Shown: positions 21,528 to 31,144 of the stretch, one piece after another
Layout of the letters: every line of letters starts with the position of its first letter
Position numbering within the stretch: position 1 is the first letter of the stretch
DNA from: Nitrosopumilus sp.
Lineage (GTDB): Archaea > Thermoproteota > Nitrososphaeria > Nitrososphaerales > Nitrosopumilaceae
Assembly: GCA_965238275.1 (NCBI GenBank)
Contig: OZ250186.1
Span: 1,696,001-1,760,000 of the forward strand
DNA length: 64,000 nt
Reading direction: 5' to 3'
Notes under the pieces: generated by a model
Seen by the model: the letters and a program-made list of their open reading frames with translations, nothing else
What the model was told of the DNA's origin: nothing
The model's database searches: none
Translations under genes and position numbers: made by a program

Positions 21528-24500
21528 TCAGTTGGCAGCGCTGACGGTGTAGGACTGGTCGGAGCCTGAGGGGGTGAGGCTGGACAGCGGGTTGTTTGCA
21601 GAGTCCGTGATGTCGTTGTCTTGGGTTACGTCAAGATTGTACATGCCTGCCTGGGAAGAGTCTACCGTGACATAATACTGGCTGCCGGAGCCCGTCACGG
21701 ACGTGATGGGGTCGACGCCCTCGCCTAACGCAAGGGACCAGCTGTTCAGGGTGCCTTCATCGCCGTTATAGTCGTCATGGATTCGCAGCTGCCAGTCGCC
21801 GTTGATCGAGACGCCTCCAAAGTCGGGAGTGTATGTCGCGACGATGTCGCGTGACGAGCCGCCGGTGCGGTTGTGGAGAGTCTCGGTAGTGCCGTCAGGC
21901 GCGATGAGCTGTACCAAAAGATCGCCTATGTAGGTGTGTGTGATGTTTACAGATACAGACACCGATGCGGCAATGGCAGAATCAGAGACGGCGATCGTGT
22001 CTGCCTTGCTAACGTTAAACGGTACAAAGAGGGAAGGCGCGCTGGACGAACGTCTGGGAGCCCGCACCAGGGCTGCCCGGGGACAGCCCAAAGTCGTCAG
22101 TGCCCACGCCGGTCACGGTCTCGCTGAAGGCCAGAACTGGAGCGTGTCACCCAGTAGCCTGCGTTGCAGGATCGTACCTCGTGATGGATGTGACAGATGG
22201 GGCCGAGTCTACGACGGTGACTGCGGTTGTGGAGAGTCTCGGTAGTGCCGTCAGGCGCGATGAGCTGTACCAAAAGATCGCCTATGTAGGTGTGTGTGAT
22301 GTTTACAGATACAGACACCGATGCGGCAATGGCAGAATCAGAGACGGCGATCGTGTCTGCCTTGCTAACGTTAAACGGTACAAAGAGGGAAGGCGCGCTG
22401 GAATACGTGAACGTCTGGGAGCCCGCACCAGGGCTGCCCGGGGACAGCCCAAAGTCGTCAGTGCCCACGCCGGTCACGGTCTCGCTGAAGGCCACCTTGA
22501 ACTGGAGCGTGTCACCGTCAGTAGCCTGCGTTGCAGGATCGTGCCTCGTGATGGATGTGACAGATGGGGCCGAGTCTACGACGGTGACTGTTCTGGTTAC
22601 CTGGGTGGCAGAATTGCCAGCGTCGTCTGTACACGTAAAGGTCACCTCGTATGCCTGGGCAACGTTGGTGTTCACGTCGTTGGACACGGCGATCCGAGAC
22701 GAGATGTCGCCGTCGGTGTCGTCTTCACACGTTGCACCATCGTCAACGTACGTTGTGCCCACGCCCACGCTTACTGCAGACTGGCCCACAAGCGTGATTA
22801 CCGGCGGTGTGTCGTCGAATGGGGCCGTGACGGTGTAGGACTGGTCGGAGCCTGAGGGGGTGAGGCTGGACAGCGGGTTGTTTGCAGAGTCCGTGATGTC
22901 GTTGTCTTGGGTTACGTCAAGATTGTACGTGCCTTCATGGAAAGAGTCTACCGTGACATAATACTGGCTGCCGGAGCCCGTCACGGACGTGATGGGGTCG
23001 ACGCCCTCGCCTAACGCAAGGGACCAGCTGTTCAGGGTGCCTTCATCGCCGTTATAGTCGTCATGGATTCGCAGCTGCCAGTCGCCGTTGATCGAGACGC
23101 TTCCAAAGTCGGGAGTGTATGTAGCGACGATGTCGCGTGACGAGCCGCCGGCGCGGTTGTGGAGAGTCTCGGTAGTGCCGTCAGGCGCGATGAGCTGTAC
23201 CAAAAGATCGCCTATGTAGGCGTGTGTGATGTTTACAGACACTGACACCGATGCGGCAATGGCAGAGTCAGAGACGGCGATCGTGTCTGCCTTGCTAACG
23301 TTAAACGGTACAAAGAGGGACGGCGAACTGGAATACGTGAACGTATTGGAGACGGCGGCGCTTGGGCCGTCAGGGGACAGCCCAAAGTCGTCAGTGCCCA
23401 CGCCGGTCACGGTCTCGCTGAAGGCCACCTTGAACTGGAGCGTTTCGCTGTCAGTAACCTGCGTTGCAGGATCGTACCTCGTGATGTAGGTAATGGTAGG
23501 CACTGTTTCAGAAGATGGATTGACCTTGATGCTGGCGGAAATAGATGGCTTTACGTCAAGTCCAATCGTGCGTATATTTGCAGTGTCGGCAGTTATTGTT
23601 ATGTCATATCTGGATTTAGTAGAATAGTCAGAGACGGAATTGAGGACAAGCCGTCCGTCCGTGATTGTAAAGTAGCTAGCGTCCGTACCTGTAATGTTGT
23701 AATTGTCAATACCTGTATCAAACCCTACCAGTGTTGATATGTCAGCGACTGATGTTTGGCCGTTATCAACTGACGTATCTTCCAGAACAATAAACCACGA
23801 TCCCAGATTCCCATCGAATTCGATGGCATTGTCGAACATTTCAAGCATACCATAATGGTGGGTTACAGAAGAGACGTCCCAGTTGGACAGGTCGCTGTTG
23901 AAGGAGCTGGCGCCAGCGAACATGCTTAGCATGCTTGTCACGGAGGAGACGTCCCAGTTGGACAGGTCGCTGTTGAAGGCAGTGGCGCCAGCGAAAGTAG
24001 GTCATGCGTTACTTTGGGTCCCAGTTGGACAGGTTTGAAGGAGCTGGCGTCGAATATGTTGCAGACTGGATTTGAGAGACGTCCCAATTGGACAGGTCGC
24101 CTGGTGAATTCTTGAACATGTGGCGCCGGGTTGGAGCGATAGATGTAGGGGTATCATCTGCCTCCATGTTACTTTGGATATGCGTCCCAGTTGGACAGGT
24201 CGTTGGTTGCTGGTGAAGAAACGTTCCAGGTCGCTGAGGCAACAGTAGTGGCTATTGGCGAAGGGCCATGTAACGCAGACTGGTCAGTCTTTGAGATGCC
24301 ACAATGTGGTCTTATAGACGCAATTGGACAGGTCGCCGTGGTGAAGAAGTGGGGAATTCTTGAACATGTAGGTCACGCGCGGGTTGGAGGATAGATTAGG
24401 GGTATCATCTGCCTCATATTGCATGTTTACTGTGCCACGGAGCATGTATGACATATCAGACCATGCGGTGTCTCCCCACTGATCTAGGGATATGAGCAAT

Positions 24501-25132
24501 TTAGGGGAATCGTTGGTTGTAACAGGATCGGTATAGTGAAAATAGAAACGTTCCAGGTCGCCTGAGATTGCAACAGTAGTGGTTATTGGCGAAAAGGGCC
24601 GGGAGTGTATATAACTTTTAGACACCTGCCCGCTTTTGGTGACGTTCTGTGCGGCACTGCCATCCCCCCAGTCTATTGACACCTGGCCTCCGGATGCCAC
24701 GTCAATGTGGAATCTTATAGACGCGTAACGGTACTGGGACTGATCTGTAGGTGCTCCAGTAATATTCCACGTGGTGACAAAAGAAGAAGTGTCAGATACT
24801 TGTGCATACGCCTGTGGTAGTAGCATCGAATACACCTCCGCATCTGCCAGGCCAGGCCAGTTATAGAACGGGGGATGTGGCAGCTGAGACGTAATCCGTA
24901 ATTAGTCGTTAGGCACAAAGTGGGAATAGATGCTAGGCACGAAATGACCCAAAACTGCCTATTACGGATTATGTCTCTGGTTCGTCTCTGCCTGCGAGGC
25001 CTCATCGTAAGGTCCTGCCAGCAGTCCAAACATCAGCACCGCACCCAACAACACAGCATATGCGATAGGCCTTCTGCGTGACTTGGAGCTGCGACTCTCC
25101 CCACAGTATGAAGACAAGCTAATATCAAGCAT
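21528..25132 (-). pseudogene. Disrupted large surface protein: DUF285/BspA-type repeats, cadherin-like domain, three proprotein-convertase P-domains, DUF5011/Ig domain
   Basis: 'FNSDLSNWDVSSVT' repeats; three copies of 'VNITHTYIGDLLVQLIAPDGTT...GDWQLRIHD' (one incomplete); 'DTPPVITLVG...DDGATCEDDTDGD'. Signal peptide from ATG 25132. Broken by a MITE and by frameshifts near 22.1 kb and 24.0-24.3 kb. Confidence 0.85.
24887..24976. mobile_element. 90-bp MITE, copy 1
   Basis: TIRs AGACGTAATCCGTAAT / ATTACGGATTATGTCT (15/16); 3-bp TSD CTG; identical to 42241-42330. Confidence 0.92.
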
Positions 25133-25437
25133 TCAGCAAATTCTACAAAATCGCATATAACTAGATACGGATCAAAGATTTTACACCTCCTGTAGGGTGT
25201 GTGTGAACTCAGGTCCGTTCCTAAAATTTGGCCTCCTGCGTATCAGATTAGACCATGCATCTTCATTGATCACGGGATCCGAGGATTCTCGTGAGAAATT
25301 CAGACATCTCGCTCCTGCGAAAGGAAGTGGCAAAGGTGGTGGTCGAAAACATGAATCTTCAGAAGAAGATGGCCAAGAACGAGGCCGAATACACCAAGAA
25401 GATAACGCTCCTCGAGTTGAAAGTCGGCCGCATAGTG

Positions 25438-25836
25438 CTGGTCTTTTTGTCCGGTTTTGCGCCGATGCTCCTTGCAACGGCAGCCGATATGATGCCCTTT
25501 GCCTCCTGCAACTCTGCCGTGAGATCCTGGATCTGTTTGAGGGCGGCAGCGTAAAGATCAGCGAGTTTGGCCATCTGCCGGTCTTTTTCGGCCATCTGCC
25601 GGTCTTTTTCGGCCATCTGCTCTGCCATCACACCCACTTTTTCCTCCAGTTCTGCAATCCTTGACTCGGAATTATCATCAGACATATGCAAACCGTGGGC
25701 AACAATGATCTAAAAATTAGGACGGAGAGAAAAACTCGATCAAGTGATCAAAAATAGTTTTAAAAAATTAGACAGACGCGGATTTTCTGATTGTAGATAT
25801 GGAGTTCAACATTTGATCAAAAAACTACACAGATAC
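25438..25836 (-). mobile_element. Truncated second copy of the IS66 element (left end plus transposase N-terminus)
   Basis: Near-identical reverse complement of 10783 to about 11220; same TIR, ending at 25836. Confidence 0.92.
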
Positions 25837-25871
25837 GAATGATTTAATACCAGAGTTTTAGGCTGTGCGAT

Positions 25872-28064
25872 ATGGTCAAGTTCAAGTCCACCGGGGAAGT
25901 TCTTAAGATCATCAAAAACAAGGACCAGATCAGGAACTTTGGGGTAATAGCCCACGTGGATCACGGCAAGACCACCATGAGCGACAGCCTTTTGGCATAC
26001 TCTGGGATAATAGCGCCCTCTGCTGCCGGAAAGGCGCTTGCGATGGACTTTGACAAGGAGGAGCAGCAGAGGGGAATCACGATATACCAGGCAAACGTCA
26101 CGCTGCACTTTTCCCAGGAGGACAGGGAATACGTGATTAACATGGTAGACACCCCCGGGCACGTGGACTTTAGCGGAAGGGTCATTCGGAGCCTCAGGGC
26201 AATCGACGGGGCAGTCGTGGTGTGCGACGCAGTCGAGGGGATAATGACCCAGACTGAGACTGTGACCAGGATGGCCCTTGAGGAGCGGGTCAAGCCGGTG
26301 CTCTTCATAAACAAGGTGGACCGCCTCATAAAGGAGCTCAGGCTCACCCCCGAAAAGATGCAGCAGCAGCTGGTCGATGTCGTCTCAAACTTCAACCAGC
26401 TTATCGATACATATGCAGAACCCGAGTACAGGGAGAAGTGGAAGGTCGCCATCCAGGACGCCAGCGTGACGTTTGGCTCTGCCAAGGACAGGTGGGCCAT
26501 CAACATTGATCTTATGAAGAAGCGGGGGATCACCTTCAAGGATGTCATAGACGCCTACGAGAACGGGACGGTCCCAGACCTGGTGGAGAAGGCCCCCCTG
26601 GCTGATGCCGTACTGGGAATGGTCGTAAAGCACCACCCCGCGCCGCACGAGGCGGTAAAGTACAGGATTCCCCAGATATGGAAGGGGGATCTCGAGTCGG
26701 ACATCGGAAAGGCGCTTCTTTCATGCAGCGACGAGGGGCCGACCATAATGATGATAGTCAACATGGTGCTGGACCCTGCCGCGGGTCCTGTCGCAATCGG
26801 CAGGCTGTTTTCTGGCACCATCCGGGACGGCCAGACGATCAACATAATCGACGAGAAGCGCGAGGGGCGAATCCAGTCTGTAAACTTTTTCATGGGAAAC
26901 CAGAGGGAGCAGGTGGGCCAGCTTGGCGCCGGAAACATCCCCGCGCTGCTCGGGCTGACCGAAGCCCGGGCCGGCAACACGATATCTTCAGTCAAGGGCA
27001 TTCCGATGTTCGAGGGGGTAAAGTACGTCTCAGAACCAGTAGTCCAGGTGGCAGTCGAGCCAAAACACCCCAAGGACCTGCCCAAGCTGGTGGAGGTGCT
27101 GCGGCAGCTGACCATAGAGGATCCCAACCTGGTGGTAAAGATAGATGAGGAGAGCGGCGAAACCATAGTGGCAGGCATGGGGGTGCTGCACCTGGACGTG
27201 GCGACGCACCGGATCCAGGACGCCAAGGTGCCCATAGTCACCTCGGAGCCGCTGATCAACTACAGGGAGACTGTCAAGGCCTCATGCGAGCCTGTAATGG
27301 CAAAGTCGCCCAACAGGCACAACAAGATCTTCATGAGAGTCGAGCCCCTCGAGCCTGAGATTGCACACATGCTCAGGACCGGCGAGATAAGCGATCTCAA
27401 GGACAAGCAGATAGTCTCCGACCTGCTAAAGGGAGCCGGATGGGACACTGACACCATCAAGAGGGTGATGAGGTTTGACTCTCGCGGCAACGTCCTGATA
27501 AACGGGACCAAGGGTGTCCAGTTCGTCCAGGAATCCACCGACTCTATAAACTCCGGGTTTGACGACGTAATGAAGGAGGGCCCCCTGTGCAGGGAGCAGA
27601 TGAGGGGCTGCAAGTTCATCTTTACCCATTTCGTTCCGCACGAGGACACCGCCCACAGGGGACTCTCCCAGCTGGGCCCTGCATCCCGCAGGGCGTGCAT
27701 GGGGGCGCTGCTCACCGCGGGAACCGCCGTGCTCGAGCCGATGCTGGCAGTGGAGGTGCGCGTCCCGACTGACCTGGTCGGAAACGTGGCGACTGTCCTG
27801 TCAGGCAAGCGCGGCAAGGTTCTTGACATGGTCCAAAAGGGCGCATCAAGCATCATTACAGGCGAGATTCCTGCATCCGAAACCTTTACGCTATCTGACG
27901 AGATGAGGGGCCAGACTGCGGGGCGCGCGACATGGAACACGTCGTTCAAGGCGTGGACTGAGATTCCAAAGTCCCTGCTGCAGACGGCAATCTCTGACAT
28001 CAGAAAGCGCAAGGGGCTTGCGCCCAGCCCGCCTGTAGTAGGCGAGTTCATCGACAGGGAATAA
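25872..28064 (+). CDS. fusA: Translation elongation factor aEF-2
   Basis: 'AHVDHGKTT', 'RGITI', 'DTPGHVDF', 'NKVD', diphthamide loop 'HEDTAHRG'. Confidence 0.99.
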   Translation: MVKFKSTGEVLKIIKNKDQIRNFGVIAHVDHGKTTMSDSLLAYSGIIAPSAAGKALAMDFDKEEQQRGITIYQANVTLHFSQEDREYVINMVDTPGHVDFSGRVIRSLRAIDGAVVVCDAVEGIMTQTETVTRMALEERVKPVLFINKVDRLIKELRLTPEKMQQQLVDVVSNFNQLIDTYAEPEYREKWKVAIQDASVTFGSAKDRWAINIDLMKKRGITFKDVIDAYENGTVPDLVEKAPLADAVLGMVVKHHPAPHEAVKYRIPQIWKGDLESDIGKALLSCSDEGPTIMMIVNMVLDPAAGPVAIGRLFSGTIRDGQTINIIDEKREGRIQSVNFFMGNQREQVGQLGAGNIPALLGLTEARAGNTISSVKGIPMFEGVKYVSEPVVQVAVEPKHPKDLPKLVEVLRQLTIEDPNLVVKIDEESGETIVAGMGVLHLDVATHRIQDAKVPIVTSEPLINYRETVKASCEPVMAKSPNRHNKIFMRVEPLEPEIAHMLRTGEISDLKDKQIVSDLLKGAGWDTDTIKRVMRFDSRGNVLINGTKGVQFVQESTDSINSGFDDVMKEGPLCREQMRGCKFIFTHFVPHEDTAHRGLSQLGPASRRACMGALLTAGTAVLEPMLAVEVRVPTDLVGNVATVLSGKRGKVLDMVQKGASSIITGEIPASETFTLSDEMRGQTAGRATWNTSFKAWTEIPKSLLQTAISDIRKRKGLAPSPPVVGEFIDRE

Positions 28065-28104
28065 TAGGGTCCGCCTCCCCACCCCTCCCGAATACACCAC
28101 CACT

Positions 28105-28458
28105 CTAGTTTGCCTTCTGCCGTGCCAAAAGAAGATTGACCTTCTTTAAGACATCATCAACAATGTGACTGGCGGCATGGCACCTGAAACTGGCATTTCG
28201 TGCTCGCCAGTCTAGGTTCTTTATATGATCTGCCAGAACCACACCAGATACAGGACTTGAGAGTGGAAGATGTACCTCAAACGGATATCCCTTGATCTGG
28301 GACGTAATGGGACAAAAGAGTGCCAAACCGGTCCACCTTGTTATAAGAACACGGACTCAAGACCAAGGCTGGGCGACGACCCGCCTGCTCGTGTCCAGAC
28401 TGAGGCGTAAAATCCAGCCAGACAATATCTCCTCTTTCGGGGAGATATTCCGGTTCTA
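28105..28458 (-). pseudogene. mazF: MazF/PemK toxin, decapitated by an insertion and frameshifted
   Basis: 'EYLPERGDIVWLDFTPQSGHEQAGRRPALVLSP', then one extra base near 28334, then 'TGLALFCPITSQIKGYPFEV...VLADHIKNLDWRAR'. Confidence 0.9.
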
Positions 28459-30124
28459 TAGTGAAAAGCGAAAGTTCGTGCAATTTTTTGAGATCCTTTT
28501 TAAGAAAATAAATCCCAACTACAGGTATGATTGTCAGTAAAATCATCAAGATAACACAATCTCGGGAACTGTCACGCAAGATCGTGAAATGCTCCCGGGA
28601 AACAGACATCATTTACGACATGACAATCATGATGAAACTTGCACACTCACGGATCACACAGTTTGATGTCAACAACCTGATAACAGGATGGCGCAGGGAA
28701 TTCGGCCTGACCAACAGCGTCCGCATGCATGAGGCCGCCTCAAAACAGGCTTTCCAGGCGGCAGTCAAATTCCGCAAGGCAAACCGGCTCAAGCACAACA
28801 AGCGCATCTGGCGCAAGAAGCAGATCAAGCTGGGGAAAAAGAAGACGTACAAGCACAATCGGTGGACCGAGCCGTCCAGCCTGATGAGGCGCGGCAGGAA
28901 AACAACCAGGCTGCGCTCGCTGAATTCACGCGCAAAGCCAAAACTGCGAGACAGTGGAGCGGTATTTCTGCCCGGACTCGGGGAAGCAAGGCCACGCACG
29001 AAGGTTCCAGAAGGCAGGCTCGTGTCATTCCAGATGATTGACACCACAGGCAAGGTCACGCGTAAGACCAAGGATGGTGATCGCGAATTCAAACTGCATT
29101 TGCAGATAGAAGTCCCAGACCCCGAACCCGCGACAGGCGGTGGCGGCGGCGGATGCAAGGCAGGGCTGGATCTTGGAGTCAGGCACCTTGCGGCAGTCGC
29201 AGACGAGCATGGGAACGAAAAACTGCACAATGTCCCCGGAGGCTGCAAGAGGCATGACGGCGACAGGATTGATCAGCTGAAATCACTTAGATCAAGATGC
29301 CATGCAGGCTCCAGAAGATGGAAAGAGATCGGCCGCAGGATAACGCATGAATTGAAAAAGATATCAAACAGGCAAAAACACAACGAGGCCGACATTGCCA
29401 GGCGGATAACAAAAGGACTGTCCGTATTGTTCTTGGAAGATCTGGATTTGACCAGGATGAGGCGATCCTGCGGGGCGGCTTCAAAGACGGGGTTGAACCG
29501 CGAGATGGCCTATTCCAGAATGGGCGAGTTCAGGATCCAGCTTGAATGGCAGATGAAAAAGAAAGGCGGAATTTCAAGACGCGTGGAACACGCACATACA
29601 AGCCAGAGGTGCGCTGCCTGCGGGGTAGTGGACAAGAAATCCAGGAACGGCGAATCATTTGTCTGCGTCTCATGCGGATGGTGCCACCATGCCGACAAGA
29701 ACGCGGCAAAAAACATTTTGGATAATGACTGTCTCCATACGGAGGAGACTGGCGGCCAAGCCCACGGGAATCGTGGAGGCACCATTGCGAGGTGTCGAGG
29801 TCGTCACAAGGCGCGAGGATCACGGATCGGATGGTTCTGGAATTCTCGCTCATAAATTTTTGATTTTCTGGTGCGATGCAGCTCGAGATGTGTGTTTATG
29901 TTCTTCATTGGAATCCAAATCAAACTGGGCATCGTCTGCATCTTGGTGCGTTATATACCAGCAATGAAAAACATATTCGCTCATAAATTTTTGATGCAAC
30001 AGCCGTCTCAGGTCGGCTTGGATCCGACAACGACGACAATATTGGAAGGTCTGACAGAGCGCCGGAAAGAGCATCAGGACACGCTACAGAGAGATCTGTT
30101 TGCACGAACTTTCGCTCGCCGCTA
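28459..30124 (+). mobile_element. Non-autonomous TIR-bounded element carrying only tnpB (IS630/Tc1-mariner-like ends, TA duplication)
   Basis: TIRs TAGTGAAAAGCGAAAGTTCGTGCAA / TAGCGGCGAGCGAAAGTTCGTGCAA (21/25, 17-bp perfect core); TA at 28457-58 and 30125-26; removing it restores the mazE stop and mazF start. Confidence 0.88.
28527..29855 (+). CDS. tnpB: TnpB/Cas12f-like RNA-guided endonuclease
   Basis: RuvC-I 'GLDLGV', RuvC-II 'LFLEDL', zinc ribbon 'TSQRCAACG...CVSCG', RuvC-III 'ADKNAAKNI'. Confidence 0.92.
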   Translation: MIVSKIIKITQSRELSRKIVKCSRETDIIYDMTIMMKLAHSRITQFDVNNLITGWRREFGLTNSVRMHEAASKQAFQAAVKFRKANRLKHNKRIWRKKQIKLGKKKTYKHNRWTEPSSLMRRGRKTTRLRSLNSRAKPKLRDSGAVFLPGLGEARPRTKVPEGRLVSFQMIDTTGKVTRKTKDGDREFKLHLQIEVPDPEPATGGGGGGCKAGLDLGVRHLAAVADEHGNEKLHNVPGGCKRHDGDRIDQLKSLRSRCHAGSRRWKEIGRRITHELKKISNRQKHNEADIARRITKGLSVLFLEDLDLTRMRRSCGAASKTGLNREMAYSRMGEFRIQLEWQMKKKGGISRRVEHAHTSQRCAACGVVDKKSRNGESFVCVSCGWCHHADKNAAKNILDNDCLHTEETGGQAHGNRGGTIARCRGRHKARGSRIGWFWNSRS

Positions 30125-30273
30125 TACCATTCTTCGTTGCCTTGTGATGGGCCGGTATCCTGTTCAGGGTGGATGTTGTCAGGTTCTATACTGGTCAAAA
30201 TGTCTGCCAAGTCATTTATTTTCTGGTGCGATGCAGCTCGAGATGTGTGTTTATGTTCTTCATTGGAATCCAA
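30125..30273 (-). pseudogene. mazE: MazE-like antitoxin C-terminal region; stop codon split by the insertion
   Basis: 'DLADILTSIEPDNIHPEQDTGPSQGNEEW' matches the MazE C-terminal pattern LxxLLxxITPxNxHxExDxGxxxGxExW. No AbrB N-domain visible. Confidence 0.75.
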
Positions 30274-30632
30274 ATCAAACTGGGCATCGTCTGCATCTGC
30301 TGGTGCGTTATATCTTTTACATGTCAGATCTTACATATATGCATAATTCGTGTTGGTATGGCGTTGTCCATACCTTCGTCAGAAAACCACTGATAATCTT
30401 AAAGATCATTAGCATCATGCATCGGAAAGGTTTTGGATCACCGATTCTGCCCTGCCCGGAATCCCTGCGGAGGCCGTGGCTTGCATGACGGTTCCCCCCT
30501 TGCCAGAAGCTCCAGTGTGTACCCCGGCAGGAGTTCACCTTCCATGGTACATGCAGGGAGGGTAGGGGGCCGCAGCAGCGCCATACCACGCACCCCCAGG
30601 TTATTTATTCAGGTACATCCGGTTACTACACC

Positions 30633-30863
30633 ATGGGACTGCTGTACACAAAGTTTTACATGGATTTTGAGAGCGAGGAATGGGACCAAATCTCCAACAA
30701 CCCCCTAATATTCCAGACAGTCAAGGACGGCGTGTCCCTTGAGATCGAGGACACGTCCCACAAGTCATACCGGCTCAACTTCAAAAAGGGCGGGCGGCTC
30801 AATATGTTTCGGGTCACCGGCAAGTTCAGGCTTACGTGGGATGACGGGGATGTCCTGGAATGA
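30633..30863 (+). CDS. Conserved hypothetical protein
   Basis: Clean 76-aa ORF overlapping the next gene (ATGA). Confidence 0.75.
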   Translation: MGLLYTKFYMDFESEEWDQISNNPLIFQTVKDGVSLEIEDTSHKSYRLNFKKGGRLNMFRVTGKFRLTWDDGDVLE

Positions 30864-31144
30864 CTGCTGCTGCAGAACCGCCGCACAACCCGGCAGGCGC
30901 ACCACGGCGCCTACCCTCCCTGGAGCGGCAGGCCCGAGACGCGCTGCGCGGCTTTGATGGTACCCCTGCAGACGAGTTCCTTGGAATCATCAGCCAGATT
31001 CTGCCAAGCCTTCGCAGCGGCCTCACATCCGAATACCTCCGGGGCAAGATCCAAAAGATCCAGGCAGTCTCCGATGCAGCCGAAAGAAAACGCCTCTGCA
31101 GGGCGCTGACCCCGTACCTTGACTGGTACCTCCAGGGACTATGA
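30860..31144 (+). CDS. Hypothetical protein
   Basis: Helical ORF ending 'LTPYLDWYLQGL'; coupled to the upstream gene. Confidence 0.7.
   Translation: MTAAAEPPHNPAGAPRRLPSLERQARDALRGFDGTPADEFLGIISQILPSLRSGLTSEYLRGKIQKIQAVSDAAERKRLCRALTPYLDWYLQGL

Noticed and set aside
23940-24330. Diversity-generating retroelement variable region
   Set aside because: Differences are indels and patchwork rather than adenine-specific substitutions, and there is no reverse transcriptase in the window.
29846-29995. CRISPR array next to a Cas12f-like gene
   Set aside because: Only two 19-bp repeats with a 112-bp interval and no cas genes; kept as a captured duplication instead.
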